A DNA stretch of 64,000 bases from an uncultured Bacteroidales bacterium (GCA_900316305.1 ONCM01000002.1:37967-101966), one strand, 5' to 3'. Counted from the first letter of the stretch, positions 1 to 9,834 are shown. Numbers and translations: made by a program. The notes: generated from the sequence alone by a model not told the origin.

Positions 1-456
1 AGTGAACTGGTGAAGATTCCCGGATTGGACGGCTCCACCAAAATGTCAAAGTCCGACAACGAGAACTCCTGCATCTACCTTTCCGATGCACCGGAGGTTA
101 TCCGCAAGAAGGTGATGAAGGCCGTTTCCGACAGCGGTCCCACCGAGCCCGGACAGCCCAAGACGCAGGCCGTGGAGAACCTCTTCCAGCTGATGAAGGC
201 CGTCTCCGCGCCCGACACGCTGCAATATTTCGAAGATCAGTATCAGAACTGCGCCATCCGCTACGGCGACATGAAGAAGCAGCTCGCCGCCGATATGATT
301 GCCTTCGTACAGCCTGTGTATGAGCGTATTCAGGAGTTGCGCGGTCAGGACGAATATATCCGCAAGGTGGCCCGCCAGGGTGCCGAGCGTGCCCGCGAGA
401 GTGCCTCGAAGACGGTGAAGGAAGTGCGCGAAATTATCGGTATCAAATCCTTCTAA
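1..456 (+). CDS. trpS: tryptophan--tRNA ligase, C-terminal part (5' end outside window)
   Basis: Frame is open from base 1. Class I aaRS KMSKS loop (GSTKMSKSD) is followed by a TrpRS-type C-terminal region. Stop TAA at 454-456. Confidence 0.9.
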   Translation, partial: SELVKIPGLDGSTKMSKSDNENSCIYLSDAPEVIRKKVMKAVSDSGPTEPGQPKTQAVENLFQLMKAVSAPDTLQYFEDQYQNCAIRYGDMKKQLAADMIAFVQPVYERIQELRGQDEYIRKVARQGAERARESASKTVKEVREIIGIKSF

Positions 457-465
457 CAGTCAGAG

Positions 466-2559
466 ATGTCGTTACTTACACAATATCCGCTTTGGTTGGC
501 GATTTTCGCCGTGCTGTTGGGTGTAGGTTACGCCCTGTTCCTCTATTACCGGAACGACAACGTGGTCTTCGAGAAGCGTTCCCGCATCGCGATGGCCTCC
601 CTGCGTGGCGTCGCGATGGCACTGCTCGCCTTCCTGCTGCTCGCGCCCATGCTTAAGATGACTCGCAAGCAGACCGACAAGCCCGTGATTATCTTTTCGA
701 TCGATAACAGCGAATCCATCAAGTCGGGCAAGGATGCTTCCTATTATACAGGCGATTATCCGAAACAGCTGCAGAAGGTCATTGACGAACTTGGCAAGCA
801 GTACGATGTGGATGCCTATCTGGTGGGCGATGAGAACAAACTGGTGGACAAGGAGCACGTGAATGTCGATTTTTCCGACAAATCCACGAATCTCTCCTCG
901 CTTTTCGATGACATCAGTCTACTTTACGCCAATCGCAATGTGGGCGCTGTGGTGATGCTTTCCGACGGTATCTACAATATCGGATCGAATCCCTACTATG
1001 CCGCCCAGAAGACGAATTTTCCGGTCTATACGGTTGCGCTCGGTTCCGACGAGCAGGCCACCGACCTCTTCATCGCCGACATTGTCCACAACAAGGAGGT
1101 GCTCAAGGGCAACCGTGCACCCGTGGAGGTGAAGGTACAGGCGGGCAAGTTAGCCGGTAAAACCGCCAAGATCACCGTCTCCGATGATAGGGGAGAGGTG
1201 CTCTCCAAAACCCTGCAGATTTCAGGAAACCAGTACTTTGAGACCGTTTCCTTCCTCGTGGATGCTGAACAACCTGGACTGAAGAAGTTTAAGGTCGATT
1301 TGGATGAGCTGGACGGCGAGATTACCTACAAGAACAACCACGCCCAGTTCTTCATCCGCGTCATCGAGTCCAAAGACAAGATTGCCATCGTGTATGATGC
1401 GCCGCACCCCGATGTGGCTGCTATCCGTTCTGCATTGGAACTCTCTGACAATTACGATGTGGTGGTGAAATCGGTGGATGAGTTTAAGGAGAATCCTTCC
1501 GAATTCGGTTTGGTTGTCCTGCATCAGTTGCCGTCGCACAAACATCCCGCTTCGTCGCTGATTTCACAAATCCGTCAGAGCGGAGTTTCCTCCCTTTTCG
1601 TCATCGGCACGCAGACCGACCTGAACGCCTTCAACGGCCTCAACACGGGTCTGCAGATCACGCAGAGCAAGAATATGACCAACAACGCCACGCCGGCTTT
1701 CAACAGCAATTTCATGCTCTTCTCCTTTTCGGAGGAGGCTCAGCAGCTGTTGTCCGCGCTGCCGCCGTTGCAGTCGCCCTTCGGCACCTACAAGGCGTCC
1801 GTCTCGTCCAACACCTTCATGACCCAGCGGATCAGCGGGGTGGAGACCAAATACCCGCTCATCCTCTTCAACGACGTGAATGGTGCGAAGACGGGCGTGA
1901 TTTCCGGTACCGGCATCTGGTCGTGGAAGGTCTATGACTACGTGAACACGCAGAACCACGATGCCTTCAACGAGATTGTGAACAAGACCGCGCTGTTCCT
2001 GGTGGCCAAGAACGACAAGAGTCCGTTCCGCGTGCGCCACAACGCCGTCTTTGCCGAGAACGCGCCCGTGGAGTTCTCCGCCGAGCTCTACAACGAGAGC
2101 CACGAGCTGGTGAACACCCCCGACGTGAAACTCACCATCAAGGGCAGCGGCGACACGACCTACGATGCACAGTTCTCCAAACAGAATAATGCTTACTACC
2201 TGAATATGGGCGAGTTGCCGGTCGGTACCTACACGTGGAACGCCAAGACGCAGCTCGGCAACAAGAGTTACGAGAAGAGTGGCACCTTCTCCGTGCAGGA
2301 AATCTTTGTGGAGACCGCCAACCTCGTCGCCGACTTCGACCTGTTGAAGAGCATCGCCCAGACTAGCGGCGGCAAGTTCTTCAACCGCAATGAGTTGGAA
2401 AAAGTGGTGAAGGAAATCAAAGCCAACGACAATATCAAACCCGTAGCTTCGTATCAGAAGAAATATTCGATGTTGCTGAACTCCCCGTGGTACCTCGCGG
2501 CCATCGTGTTGTTGTTGGGCCTTGAATGGTTTTTGCGGAAGTGGCACGGCGGCTACTAA
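466..2559 (+). CDS. membrane protein with N-terminal double-TM anchor and vWA-like domain (Bat/aerotolerance-type family)
   Basis: 697-aa ORF with two N-terminal hydrophobic helices. MIDAS-like DxSxS motif (SIDNSES). C-terminal TM helix (WYLAAIVLLLGLEWFL). Confidence 0.6.
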   Translation: MSLLTQYPLWLAIFAVLLGVGYALFLYYRNDNVVFEKRSRIAMASLRGVAMALLAFLLLAPMLKMTRKQTDKPVIIFSIDNSESIKSGKDASYYTGDYPKQLQKVIDELGKQYDVDAYLVGDENKLVDKEHVNVDFSDKSTNLSSLFDDISLLYANRNVGAVVMLSDGIYNIGSNPYYAAQKTNFPVYTVALGSDEQATDLFIADIVHNKEVLKGNRAPVEVKVQAGKLAGKTAKITVSDDRGEVLSKTLQISGNQYFETVSFLVDAEQPGLKKFKVDLDELDGEITYKNNHAQFFIRVIESKDKIAIVYDAPHPDVAAIRSALELSDNYDVVVKSVDEFKENPSEFGLVVLHQLPSHKHPASSLISQIRQSGVSSLFVIGTQTDLNAFNGLNTGLQITQSKNMTNNATPAFNSNFMLFSFSEEAQQLLSALPPLQSPFGTYKASVSSNTFMTQRISGVETKYPLILFNDVNGAKTGVISGTGIWSWKVYDYVNTQNHDAFNEIVNKTALFLVAKNDKSPFRVRHNAVFAENAPVEFSAELYNESHELVNTPDVKLTIKGSGDTTYDAQFSKQNNAYYLNMGELPVGTYTWNAKTQLGNKSYEKSGTFSVQEIFVETANLVADFDLLKSIAQTSGGKFFNRNELEKVVKEIKANDNIKPVASYQKKYSMLLNSPWYLAAIVLLLGLEWFLRKWHGGY

Positions 2560-2593
2560 AATTATGAATGATGAATTATGAATGATGAATAAT
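2560..2593. repeat. heptamer-type tandem repeat (AATTATG/AATGATG units) directly after a stop codon
   Basis: aattatgaatgatgaattatgaatgatgaataat starts 1 nt after TAA 2557-2559. Confidence 0.9.
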
Positions 2594-2653
2594 ATTCCGG
2601 TCGAAGGACCATTCCCCTTCTATTTTAGAAGGGGTGCCCGAAGGGCGGGGTAG
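2594..2653 (+). repeat. ~60-bp dual-hairpin intergenic repeat, copy 1
   Basis: attccggtcgaaggaccattccccttctattttagaaggggtgcccgaagggcggggtag. It recurs at 22355-22412 with 1 indel and 1 substitution. Contains stems CCCCTTCTA/TAGAAGGGG and GCCC/GGGC. Confidence 0.85.
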
Positions 2654-2693
2654 TAATATAGAAAATTCAATTAACAACTAAAATATCAAACAA

Positions 2694-3773
2694 ATGTCAG
2701 AAAAAATTTTATCGAAAGTGAAACCCGGTGTGGTTTATGGTAAAGATCTGCAAGAGATCTTCCGCATTGCAAAAGCCAATCAATTCGCTCTTCCGGCCGT
2801 GAATGTCGTCGGTACCGATTCCATCAATGCTGTGATGGAAGCTGCTAAGGCGGTGAATTCTCCCGTGATGATCCAATTCTCCAACGGTGGTGGCGTCTTC
2901 TGCGCTGGTAAATCGTTGAGCAACGATGGTCAGCAGGCTGCCATTCAAGGGTGTATCTCTGGAGCTATGCATATCCATCGCATGGCTGAGATGTACGGCA
3001 TCCCCGTGGTTGTGCACACCGACCATGCCGCCAAGAAGCTCCTCCCCTGGATTGACGGTCTCTTGGATGAGGGTGAGAAATTCTACGCTGCCAATGGCAA
3101 GCCCCTTTTCAGCTCCCACATGCTCGACCTTTCTGAAGAGCCTCTGAAAGAGAATATTGAGATCTGCAAGAAGTATTTAGCCCGTATGGCCAAGTTGGAG
3201 ATGACCCTCGAAATTGAGCTGGGTATCACCGGCGGTGAGGAAGACGGCGTCGATAACACCGGCATCGACAGCGCACGTCTCTACACGCAACCCGAGGATG
3301 TGGCTTACGCTTACGAAGAGCTGAGCAAGATCAGCCCGAACTTCACCATCGCTGCTTCTTTCGGCAACGTGCACGGTGTCTATAAACCCGGTAACGTGAA
3401 GTTGGAACCTATCATTCTGCACAATTCTCAGGAATATATCCAAAAGAAGTTCAACACCGAGCCGAATCCCGTGAACTTCGTCTTCCACGGCGGTTCCGGT
3501 TCTGAACCCGCCAAGATCAAGGAAGCTATTAGCTACGGCGTCATCAAGATGAACATCGATACCGACACGCAATGGGCTTTCTGGCAGGGCGTTATGAACT
3601 ACTACAAGAAGAATGAGGCTTATCTGCAGAGCCAGATTGGTAACCCCGAAGGCGACGACAAGCCCAACAAGAAGTACTACGATCCGCGTGCCGTCCTCCG
3701 CGAGGGCGAGAAGTCCATGGTGGAGCGCTTGAAAGTGGCGTTCAGCGACCTGAACTGCATCGACAGACTGTAA
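2694..3773 (+). CDS. fbaA: class II fructose-1,6-bisphosphate aldolase
   Basis: 359 aa. N-terminus KPGVVYGKDLQEIFRIAKANQFALPAVNVVGTDS and HTDHAAKK / FHGGSGS blocks are typical of class IIa FBA. Confidence 0.92.
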   Translation: MSEKILSKVKPGVVYGKDLQEIFRIAKANQFALPAVNVVGTDSINAVMEAAKAVNSPVMIQFSNGGGVFCAGKSLSNDGQQAAIQGCISGAMHIHRMAEMYGIPVVVHTDHAAKKLLPWIDGLLDEGEKFYAANGKPLFSSHMLDLSEEPLKENIEICKKYLARMAKLEMTLEIELGITGGEEDGVDNTGIDSARLYTQPEDVAYAYEELSKISPNFTIAASFGNVHGVYKPGNVKLEPIILHNSQEYIQKKFNTEPNPVNFVFHGGSGSEPAKIKEAISYGVIKMNIDTDTQWAFWQGVMNYYKKNEAYLQSQIGNPEGDDKPNKKYYDPRAVLREGEKSMVERLKVAFSDLNCIDRL

Positions 3774-3775
3774 TA

Positions 3776-3803
3776 GTAGAGACGCAAAATTTTGCGTCTC
3801 TAC
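3776..3803. repeat. 28-bp perfect palindrome GTAGAGACGCAAAATTTTGCGTCTCTAC (candidate terminator hairpin/REP-like element)
   Basis: Lies 3 nt after the fbaA stop. Identical 28-mer at 54208-54235. Related copies at 11164, 18032, 33497, 53277 and 58169. Confidence 0.85.
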
Positions 3804-3888
3804 CTGAAATCCCAAAGAGAGCCAAGTCCATACGGATTTGGCTCTCTTTCTGTTTTCTGTGTTGATCTGCGAGATCTGCGGGAATATG

Positions 3889-4407
3889 TTATTCCCCCGT
3901 TACATGCGCGATGGCCTCTTCCAAGGAGATTTCCTCCTCGCCGAGGGTGGCGGGCTTGTCGAATCCCATTTCGCGAGATTTTTCGCCAGAAAAGACGAAG
4001 TAGGTGCAGGTGCACTCGGCACAGCATACTCCGTCGGGGTTGAGAATTTCGCCATGAATCTTGGCGATGTTGCGTTCTTTCTCTATCAGTCTGGCGTTCA
4101 GACGGATGTAGGGCCACAGCGTGCTCACCGGTTTGCGGTAGCGCAGCTCCATCTTGGCGGTCACGCAAGAGGTCTGCAACTGGTAGAAGACCACCCATCC
4201 GCAGATTTCATCCAACAGGGTGGCCTGGATGCCGCCGTGCAGCGTGTCGAGCCAGCTTACGAAATTGGGATTCGCCTTCCAGATGGAGACGACCTGCTCG
4301 CCGTCCCAGTAGAAGTGCATGTGCACCCCTATCGGATTGTCGGGGTTGCACCCGAAACAGTTATATCCTTGCGTGTTTCCTATCCAAGGGTTTATAATTC
4401 TTTTCAT
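3889..4407 (-). CDS. PaaI/hotdog-fold thioesterase family protein
   Basis: 172 aa. CFGCNPDNPIGVHMHFYW and LHGGIQATLLDEICGW are typical of PaaI-type thioesterases. Confidence 0.7.
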   Translation of the reverse strand: MKRIINPWIGNTQGYNCFGCNPDNPIGVHMHFYWDGEQVVSIWKANPNFVSWLDTLHGGIQATLLDEICGWVVFYQLQTSCVTAKMELRYRKPVSTLWPYIRLNARLIEKERNIAKIHGEILNPDGVCCAECTCTYFVFSGEKSREMGFDKPATLGEEEISLEEAIAHVTGE

Positions 4408-4516
4408 TATAATGGTTATAGGTTATAGGTTAAGGGTTTAAGGTTAAGGGTTTAAGGTTAAAAGCTAATAGCCAACAGCCAATAGCTAATAGCCAACAGC
4501 CAACAGCCAACAGCCA
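4408..4516. repeat. compound heptamer tandem repeats (GGTTATA/GGTTAAG then AGCCAAC/AGCCAAT/AGCTAAT)
   Basis: Fills the whole gap between the start codon of 3889-4407 and the stop codon of 4517-5803. Confidence 0.9.
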
Positions 4517-5803
4517 TCACTGCACTTTCACCCCGCGTACGGCCCAGCGAGTGCCGTCGGCGGCAGCGTGTTTGTGGTAGCGCAGTGCGATGCGGAACTT
4601 CTGGTTGCCGACGGGGGCCAACGACATTCCGTTGCTCCAATCGAAACCGCTCGGGAAGATATTGAGGTTCGGGTTGAAGGCCGTCCAGTCGCTCTCGTTG
4701 AAGGCACCGCCGTTGTAAGTGGTGGAGTAATAGACCGTGTAGTAGGAGGCCGGACTGCCGCCCACGTTGTTCTGGTGGTCCAGATAGAGCATGGCGTTGT
4801 CCAGATCTTCAATGGTGATCTCAGGCGAAATCAGCCAGTCGTCGCACTCAGCCGAGGAGTTGTTGTGATAGACGAAGTTGTTGCCGCTGTAGGCCTGGAA
4901 CTTCCAAGACTGGTTGTCGGGATATTGCGACCATCCGCCGGTGGTGAAGCTGTTGGCATCGAAGGTGAGGAGCGTCTGAACTTCCGGCTCAGGTGCGGGC
5001 GTGGACATCTGTATATCGTCCTTGGTGCGCAGGGTGAGCTGGTATTCGGAGTTATAGACGCTCAGGATGCCGTAGAGGCAATAGACCTTGCTGGCGTCAA
5101 TAAGGATGTTGCGGAAATAGGCGTAGTTGCTGGTACGCAACGTGATGCTCGTGCCGTTGAAGGTGATGGTGCGGTCGGTGGGGAAGTCGTTGTTGGCCAA
5201 CGGAAGCCCGTTGTCCGCGGGATCGAACTTGCAGTTGTCAATCCTCACCAGACAGTTGACGTTCTCGGCAGTGAGGTCGTTGCTGCTCGTGACCTCGATA
5301 GGGTGGGCTATGAGCGGATTGTTGGGATCAGGCACTCCGTCCTTGCTGATGTAGCGAGGCACATCGACGGGGGCGATGCGGCCCACGGAACCCTGATAGA
5401 CCCAGCCGATTTGGTACTTGTTATGGTAGTCGCCCACAATCAGCCCTTCGCAGTTCAGATAGATGGTCTGTCCCACGGGGAATTCGTTGAAAAGGCTGGA
5501 GCGGTCGATGGCAATCTCGATGCCGCCGGTCTCATCCTGGATGGTGAGGTACTTGTAGCAGTTGCCGCCCTCGTCCGAGCTGACCACCACCGCCTTCACG
5601 ATGAAGGTGTCCCCGTGATGGCAGATGGAGTCCTGCGAGCCTATGCCCAACGACGGGTGCATGGCCTTGATGTCGGCGATGGTCTTGTTCGCCGCCGGCC
5701 CGGTATAGATCGGCGCCTTGAATTCGGGATCCTCCCAGCGGTTGCATCCTGAAAGGATGGCTGCGAAAATAACTAATATTATCGATAATTTTTTCATATT
5801 CAT
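4517..5803 (-). CDS. surface lipoprotein, DUF5689-like OB-fold domain plus C-terminal beta-sandwich (choice-of-anchor-J-like)
   Basis: Lipoprotein signal MKKLSIILVIFAAILSGC. OB-fold-like block KYLTIQDETGGIEIAID...GQTIYLNCEGLIVGDY. Paralog of the adjacent 5831-7081. Confidence 0.6.
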   Translation of the reverse strand: MNMKKLSIILVIFAAILSGCNRWEDPEFKAPIYTGPAANKTIADIKAMHPSLGIGSQDSICHHGDTFIVKAVVVSSDEGGNCYKYLTIQDETGGIEIAIDRSSLFNEFPVGQTIYLNCEGLIVGDYHNKYQIGWVYQGSVGRIAPVDVPRYISKDGVPDPNNPLIAHPIEVTSSNDLTAENVNCLVRIDNCKFDPADNGLPLANNDFPTDRTITFNGTSITLRTSNYAYFRNILIDASKVYCLYGILSVYNSEYQLTLRTKDDIQMSTPAPEPEVQTLLTFDANSFTTGGWSQYPDNQSWKFQAYSGNNFVYHNNSSAECDDWLISPEITIEDLDNAMLYLDHQNNVGGSPASYYTVYYSTTYNGGAFNESDWTAFNPNLNIFPSGFDWSNGMSLAPVGNQKFRIALRYHKHAAADGTRWAVRGVKVQ

Positions 5804-5830
5804 CGTTTTAATTCATCGTTATTCATCGTG

Positions 5831-7081
5831 TCATCGTGCTACTCCCGTAATCTTAATATCCGAAATGTACCATGCGGACGGGGCATTGGTGACATGGAAC
5901 ATCAGACGGAAGTTGGAGGTCTGTGCGGCTGCGGGAAGCTCCATGTCGAACGCGTTGGAGGTGGTCTGTCCCGCTGCGTCGGAGAGATCGAACGGAATCC
6001 AGACGGTCGTGTTCACATCGCCCGTGTAGTTGGAGGTGTAGAAACTCATCATGGTGTTGGGGTCGAAGCCTTGCGGGGCGCGGTGCGTGAAGAATAGTGC
6101 CGGACTTTCGGTGCTGCTCAGATCGATGGCCGGGGAAATCAGGTATTTGTCCTGATTGTTGCTGGGGTTGATGAAGAAACCGCTGTAGTTGTTGTTGACC
6201 AAAGTCTGCCAGTTGTTGCCGGTGCCGGTCTGGGTCCATCCTTCGTTGAAGGCGTTGGCGTAGTCGACGCTGAAGACCGTCTGCCGCTCCACCGGGGTGG
6301 TGAAGCCGTCCATGTAAGCGGGACTGTTGATGACAATCTGCACCGTGTTGTTGTAGCGGGTGAGGATGCCGGTGATGTTGCCGGTGCCCACGGGCAGCGT
6401 CTCGCTGGCGAAAGTGGCGTAGTTGCTCGTCCGCAACGTGATGACACTGCCGTCCTCCATCACAATGTCGTGACTGGTAGCGGCGCCGGGCTCCGAGAAG
6501 GTGGCGATGCCGCCCTCCTTGAAGGTGGCACCCTGCAGGAGCACGAGCCGGTTGTACATGGTGGACGGAATATCCGTGGCTTTCGGGACCGAGGTCATTA
6601 TAATGGGGTTGCCTCCGCCCATGGGGGATCCGTCAGGGAAAAGGTAGAGATAAGCCTTGAAGGAGGGGATGGGCTGCATGGAACCATTGGCCCAAAGACC
6701 TAACTGCGGCAGCTTGCGGTAGTCGCCGAGCACCAGCCCGTCGCACTTCACATACACTTTCTGACCCATTTGGTACTTGTGGTACAGGGCCTTGTGGTCG
6801 ATCTTGATCTGGATGCCGCCAGTCTCGTCCTCGATGTTGATATACTTGTAGTTGTTGCCCCACTCGTCGCTGGTGGTGACATAACCGCAGATGATGATGT
6901 TGGACCCCATAGGTATTGAGTCATAGGAGTCCTCCGAACCGATCTCGTGCATGGCGAGCAGTTCGGCGATGGTGGTGTTGGCCTCCCCGACGAAGGTCGG
7001 CATCGGGGCCACATCCTGCTCCAGGTCGCAGCCGACGAGGAAGGCTGCGAAGAGGGTTAGTAGTATTGTTATTTTTTTCAT
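5831..7081 (-). CDS. surface lipoprotein, DUF5689-like OB-fold paralog
   Basis: ATG at 7081 gives MKKITILLTLFAAFLVGC. The block KYINIEDETGGIQIKID...GQKVYVKCDGLVLGDY aligns with the neighbouring paralog. The ORF-track start at 7111 lies inside a hairpin repeat. Confidence 0.6.
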   Translation of the reverse strand: MKKITILLTLFAAFLVGCDLEQDVAPMPTFVGEANTTIAELLAMHEIGSEDSYDSIPMGSNIIICGYVTTSDEWGNNYKYINIEDETGGIQIKIDHKALYHKYQMGQKVYVKCDGLVLGDYRKLPQLGLWANGSMQPIPSFKAYLYLFPDGSPMGGGNPIIMTSVPKATDIPSTMYNRLVLLQGATFKEGGIATFSEPGAATSHDIVMEDGSVITLRTSNYATFASETLPVGTGNITGILTRYNNTVQIVINSPAYMDGFTTPVERQTVFSVDYANAFNEGWTQTGTGNNWQTLVNNNYSGFFINPSNNQDKYLISPAIDLSSTESPALFFTHRAPQGFDPNTMMSFYTSNYTGDVNTTVWIPFDLSDAAGQTTSNAFDMELPAAAQTSNFRLMFHVTNAPSAWYISDIKITGVAR

Positions 7082-7105
7082 ATTATTGATATTCTTTCGT
7101 TTGAT

Positions 7106-7168
7106 CCCCACACTGCGGCTCCGCCTTGTGTGGGGTTATTAAAATCTTGTCTCTTCGAGACTGCTTAA
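7106..7168 (-). repeat. two-hairpin intercistronic element, copy A
   Basis: ccccacac..gtgtgggg hairpin, then cttG-TCTC-ttc-GAGA-Ctgcttaa. Same architecture as 39557-39628 and 40845-40917, with a co-varying second stem. Confidence 0.75.
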
Positions 7169-7175
7169 TGAAATA

Positions 7176-7239
7176 TATTCATCGTTCATTCATCGTTCAT
7201 TCATCGTATTTCATCGTATTTCATCGTCCTTCATCGCAA
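7176..7239. repeat. 10-11-nt tandem repeat (TTCATCGTNN units; CGATGAA on the gene strand)
   Basis: ttcatcgttcattcatcgttcattcatcgtatttcatcgtatttcatcgtccttcatcg lies directly downstream of the receptor stop (7240). Confidence 0.9.
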
Positions 7240-9786
7240 CTACATCTGGAAGTTGATGCCCAGGTAGAACGTCGTGCCAAAGGCATAATAATACTTGTTA
7301 GGATACTTGTTGACGTTGTAGTTGGTGTAGTCGAAACGGTACTGCTCCCACGCGGTGGTCACCAGATTCTTGTTGTTCAGCAGGTTGGTGATGCTGGCGT
7401 TGAAGCCGATGTTGTATTTGTGCGCGATGCGCCAGGATTTGCTCACAGAAACGTCCATGGTGAACTGACCGGGCAGACGGGTCTGGTCGGCAATCTGGTG
7501 GTAGAGCGGGGAGTCCGTATCTAAGGAACCGCGGGCGGCGGAAGTGCGGCGCTCGGGGTTCAGGTCACAGTAGATCTTGTCGAACCAGTTGCAGTTGAGG
7601 TTCACCCACCAGTAGTTGTAGTTGAACTTGAGACCGCCGGTGACGGCCACTTGCGGGGAACCGGCCACATGGTAGTTCTTCCAATAGACGGTGCGCTCCA
7701 TCTGGCCGTCGAAGTCGGTGCCGTTATCCGCATTCATGGAAACCTGCGCACGGTCGGTGTAACGATAGTCGCCCCACGTGCCGGCCATGATCAGGGAGAA
7801 CATGCTGCCCAACTTGATCTCGGCGCCGGCCTCGATGCCGAGGTACCGCTGGTCGATGTTGGAAATGGCGTAGTTGACCATACTGGAGAAGTCGTCGTTG
7901 TAGAAGCTGATCAGACGGGTGGCGTCGTTGATCTTGGTGGCAAACACCGTCATCCGCATCTTGATGATCGGGTAGTTAAGAATGTAGGAGAGGTCGCAGG
8001 AAAAGATTCTCTCAGAGCTCAAGTTGTTGACGTATTTGTTGTTGATACGCGGCGAAAGGAAGGAATTGAGGATGTTGGGAGATTTGGTTTCGCCCAAAGC
8101 GTTAAGAACAAGGTAGTTGCGACCGTTGATCTTGTAGGTCACGCCGGCTCTCGCACCATTGTCCATATAGACTTTCGTCTCTGATTTGCCGTATGAGTCG
8201 TTGGGGAAGCGGCCGTTCTGCATGTGACCGTAGCGCCACAGCTCCGAAGTTCCGAGCTGCAGTCCGAAGTAGAAGTCCCAATGGTTGTAGGCAGCCTTGA
8301 TGATGCCCCAGATTTTCTGCTTGAAAACATGGTAGTCGTAGTCGTAGCCGAAGACATCGCCCTCATGCAGCGAGTCGCCCATATGGTGCAGGTCATTGTA
8401 TTGCACGTTCTGGTCGGCGGGGAAGTCTCCCTCGGAGAATTTGTCCACATCTATCCAGTAGGAGCCGCCCAGCAAATCGGCGATAGTCTTGTAGTTGCGT
8501 TGTTTCATGTGTTGGACGGAGGCACCGGCGTAGAGTTTCCAGTGGTCGTTGATGGACCAGTTCAGGTTGGTGCTGACACCGCCTGTCAGATGGTCGATAC
8601 GGCGGTTCTCCAAGATGTATTGGGCACGTTTTCCCTGCAAAGCTGCCAGTTCGTTAACCTCGTACATGTGGTCCCAGTTGACCTGGGTGTAGGATTGGTC
8701 GTTGTTCTGCCACAAGGCGAGCACGTCGTAATAGGCTTGAGAGGTGTCACCGTTGTCGATCTGGTAGCTGGGCAGGTAGCGGTAGTAGTCGGGACGCGGG
8801 TCCTGGGCATCGTACCAGTTGAGGGAGGTGGTGTTGTTGAAGCCGAAGGAGATACCGCCGGTGGTCTGCACGCTGACCTTTTCGTTGGCAGAGTTGAAAG
8901 TGTGAGTGAGCAGGATGGTGGGCTCGCACTGCGTGCGCACGCGGGCGTTGCGCTGCTTGCCCTGGTACCAGCCCCAGTTGGCGTTGTAGTAGTGATTGTC
9001 GAGCAGGTCGTAAGCTTCCTGCACGGAACTTGACTGCATCCCGCGATTAATGTAGGAGGCGAAGGTCGATAGATCGAGCCAGTGCTCGGAGTTGATCTTT
9101 TTCTCTGCCGCAGCGAACCAAGAGAGACCGGTGTAAGAGGTTCCGTCCACGTAAGCCAGCTCATTGCCGAAACGTGCTGACAGAGAGCCGGTAAAGGCCC
9201 AACCGTTAGGCGTTAGTCCCGTGCTGCCGGTCACCATCATGCGGTTGGTGTAGGTCCGGTTCGACAGGGAATAGGTGGCCCGAACTTGTTTGCGGAAGTT
9301 GCTGGCTCGGATGTTATAGTTGTTGACCCCGCCAATGTCGCCGAAGTCAAAAGTAGCCATGTTTAAATCGGGAACGCTCTCGGGATAGCGGAAAACGTGG
9401 TTCAGACCGCCCCATTGCGAGTAGTTGGCGCGACCGGTCACCAGATTGCTCATGTCGTAACCGTTGGCAAAAACATTCGTGTAACGGTTGTCATAGCCGC
9501 GCGGCTTGAAGTAGGCGATGCTGAACGCGTAGGAGGTGTTGTTGGCATACACATCCCGGCTGCTGTGCAGAAGGCTCGGAACAAAATTGATGCCGCCGCT
9601 GTCATCGTCCTCCTCGGTTTCTTCCACGACCGTGACCAAGGGGGGCGTGAGATCCTCGGAATCCTGCGATGCAGGAGCCTCGGTCTTCTGCTTTTTCTTG
9701 CTTTTCTTCTCCGGTTTGGTCTCCTGCGCGAATGCGCTGCCGCAGAGGAGCAGGACCGAAACCATCAGTAGTAGTGCTTTTTTCAT
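7240..9786 (-). CDS. TonB-dependent outer-membrane receptor (not SusC-like; no SusD partner)
   Basis: 848 aa. Signal peptide MKKALLLMVSVLLLCGSAFAQ, acidic/lysine-rich linker, plug-like region, long beta-barrel ending in aromatic-rich ...YLGINFQM. Confidence 0.8.
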   Translation of the reverse strand: MKKALLLMVSVLLLCGSAFAQETKPEKKSKKKQKTEAPASQDSEDLTPPLVTVVEETEEDDDSGGINFVPSLLHSSRDVYANNTSYAFSIAYFKPRGYDNRYTNVFANGYDMSNLVTGRANYSQWGGLNHVFRYPESVPDLNMATFDFGDIGGVNNYNIRASNFRKQVRATYSLSNRTYTNRMMVTGSTGLTPNGWAFTGSLSARFGNELAYVDGTSYTGLSWFAAAEKKINSEHWLDLSTFASYINRGMQSSSVQEAYDLLDNHYYNANWGWYQGKQRNARVRTQCEPTILLTHTFNSANEKVSVQTTGGISFGFNNTTSLNWYDAQDPRPDYYRYLPSYQIDNGDTSQAYYDVLALWQNNDQSYTQVNWDHMYEVNELAALQGKRAQYILENRRIDHLTGGVSTNLNWSINDHWKLYAGASVQHMKQRNYKTIADLLGGSYWIDVDKFSEGDFPADQNVQYNDLHHMGDSLHEGDVFGYDYDYHVFKQKIWGIIKAAYNHWDFYFGLQLGTSELWRYGHMQNGRFPNDSYGKSETKVYMDNGARAGVTYKINGRNYLVLNALGETKSPNILNSFLSPRINNKYVNNLSSERIFSCDLSYILNYPIIKMRMTVFATKINDATRLISFYNDDFSSMVNYAISNIDQRYLGIEAGAEIKLGSMFSLIMAGTWGDYRYTDRAQVSMNADNGTDFDGQMERTVYWKNYHVAGSPQVAVTGGLKFNYNYWWVNLNCNWFDKIYCDLNPERRTSAARGSLDTDSPLYHQIADQTRLPGQFTMDVSVSKSWRIAHKYNIGFNASITNLLNNKNLVTTAWEQYRFDYTNYNVNKYPNKYYYAFGTTFYLGINFQM

Positions 9787-9826
9787 ATTTACAGTAGCTT
9801 TTATCCTTACATAATATTGGAAACGG

Positions 9827-9834
9827 CAAAGGTA
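9827..9834 (-). promoter_or_regulatory. Bacteroidota -7 box (TAnnTTTG) for the receptor operon
   Basis: caaaggta on the plus strand is TACCTTTG on the gene strand, ~40 nt upstream of ATG 9786. Confidence 0.55.
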
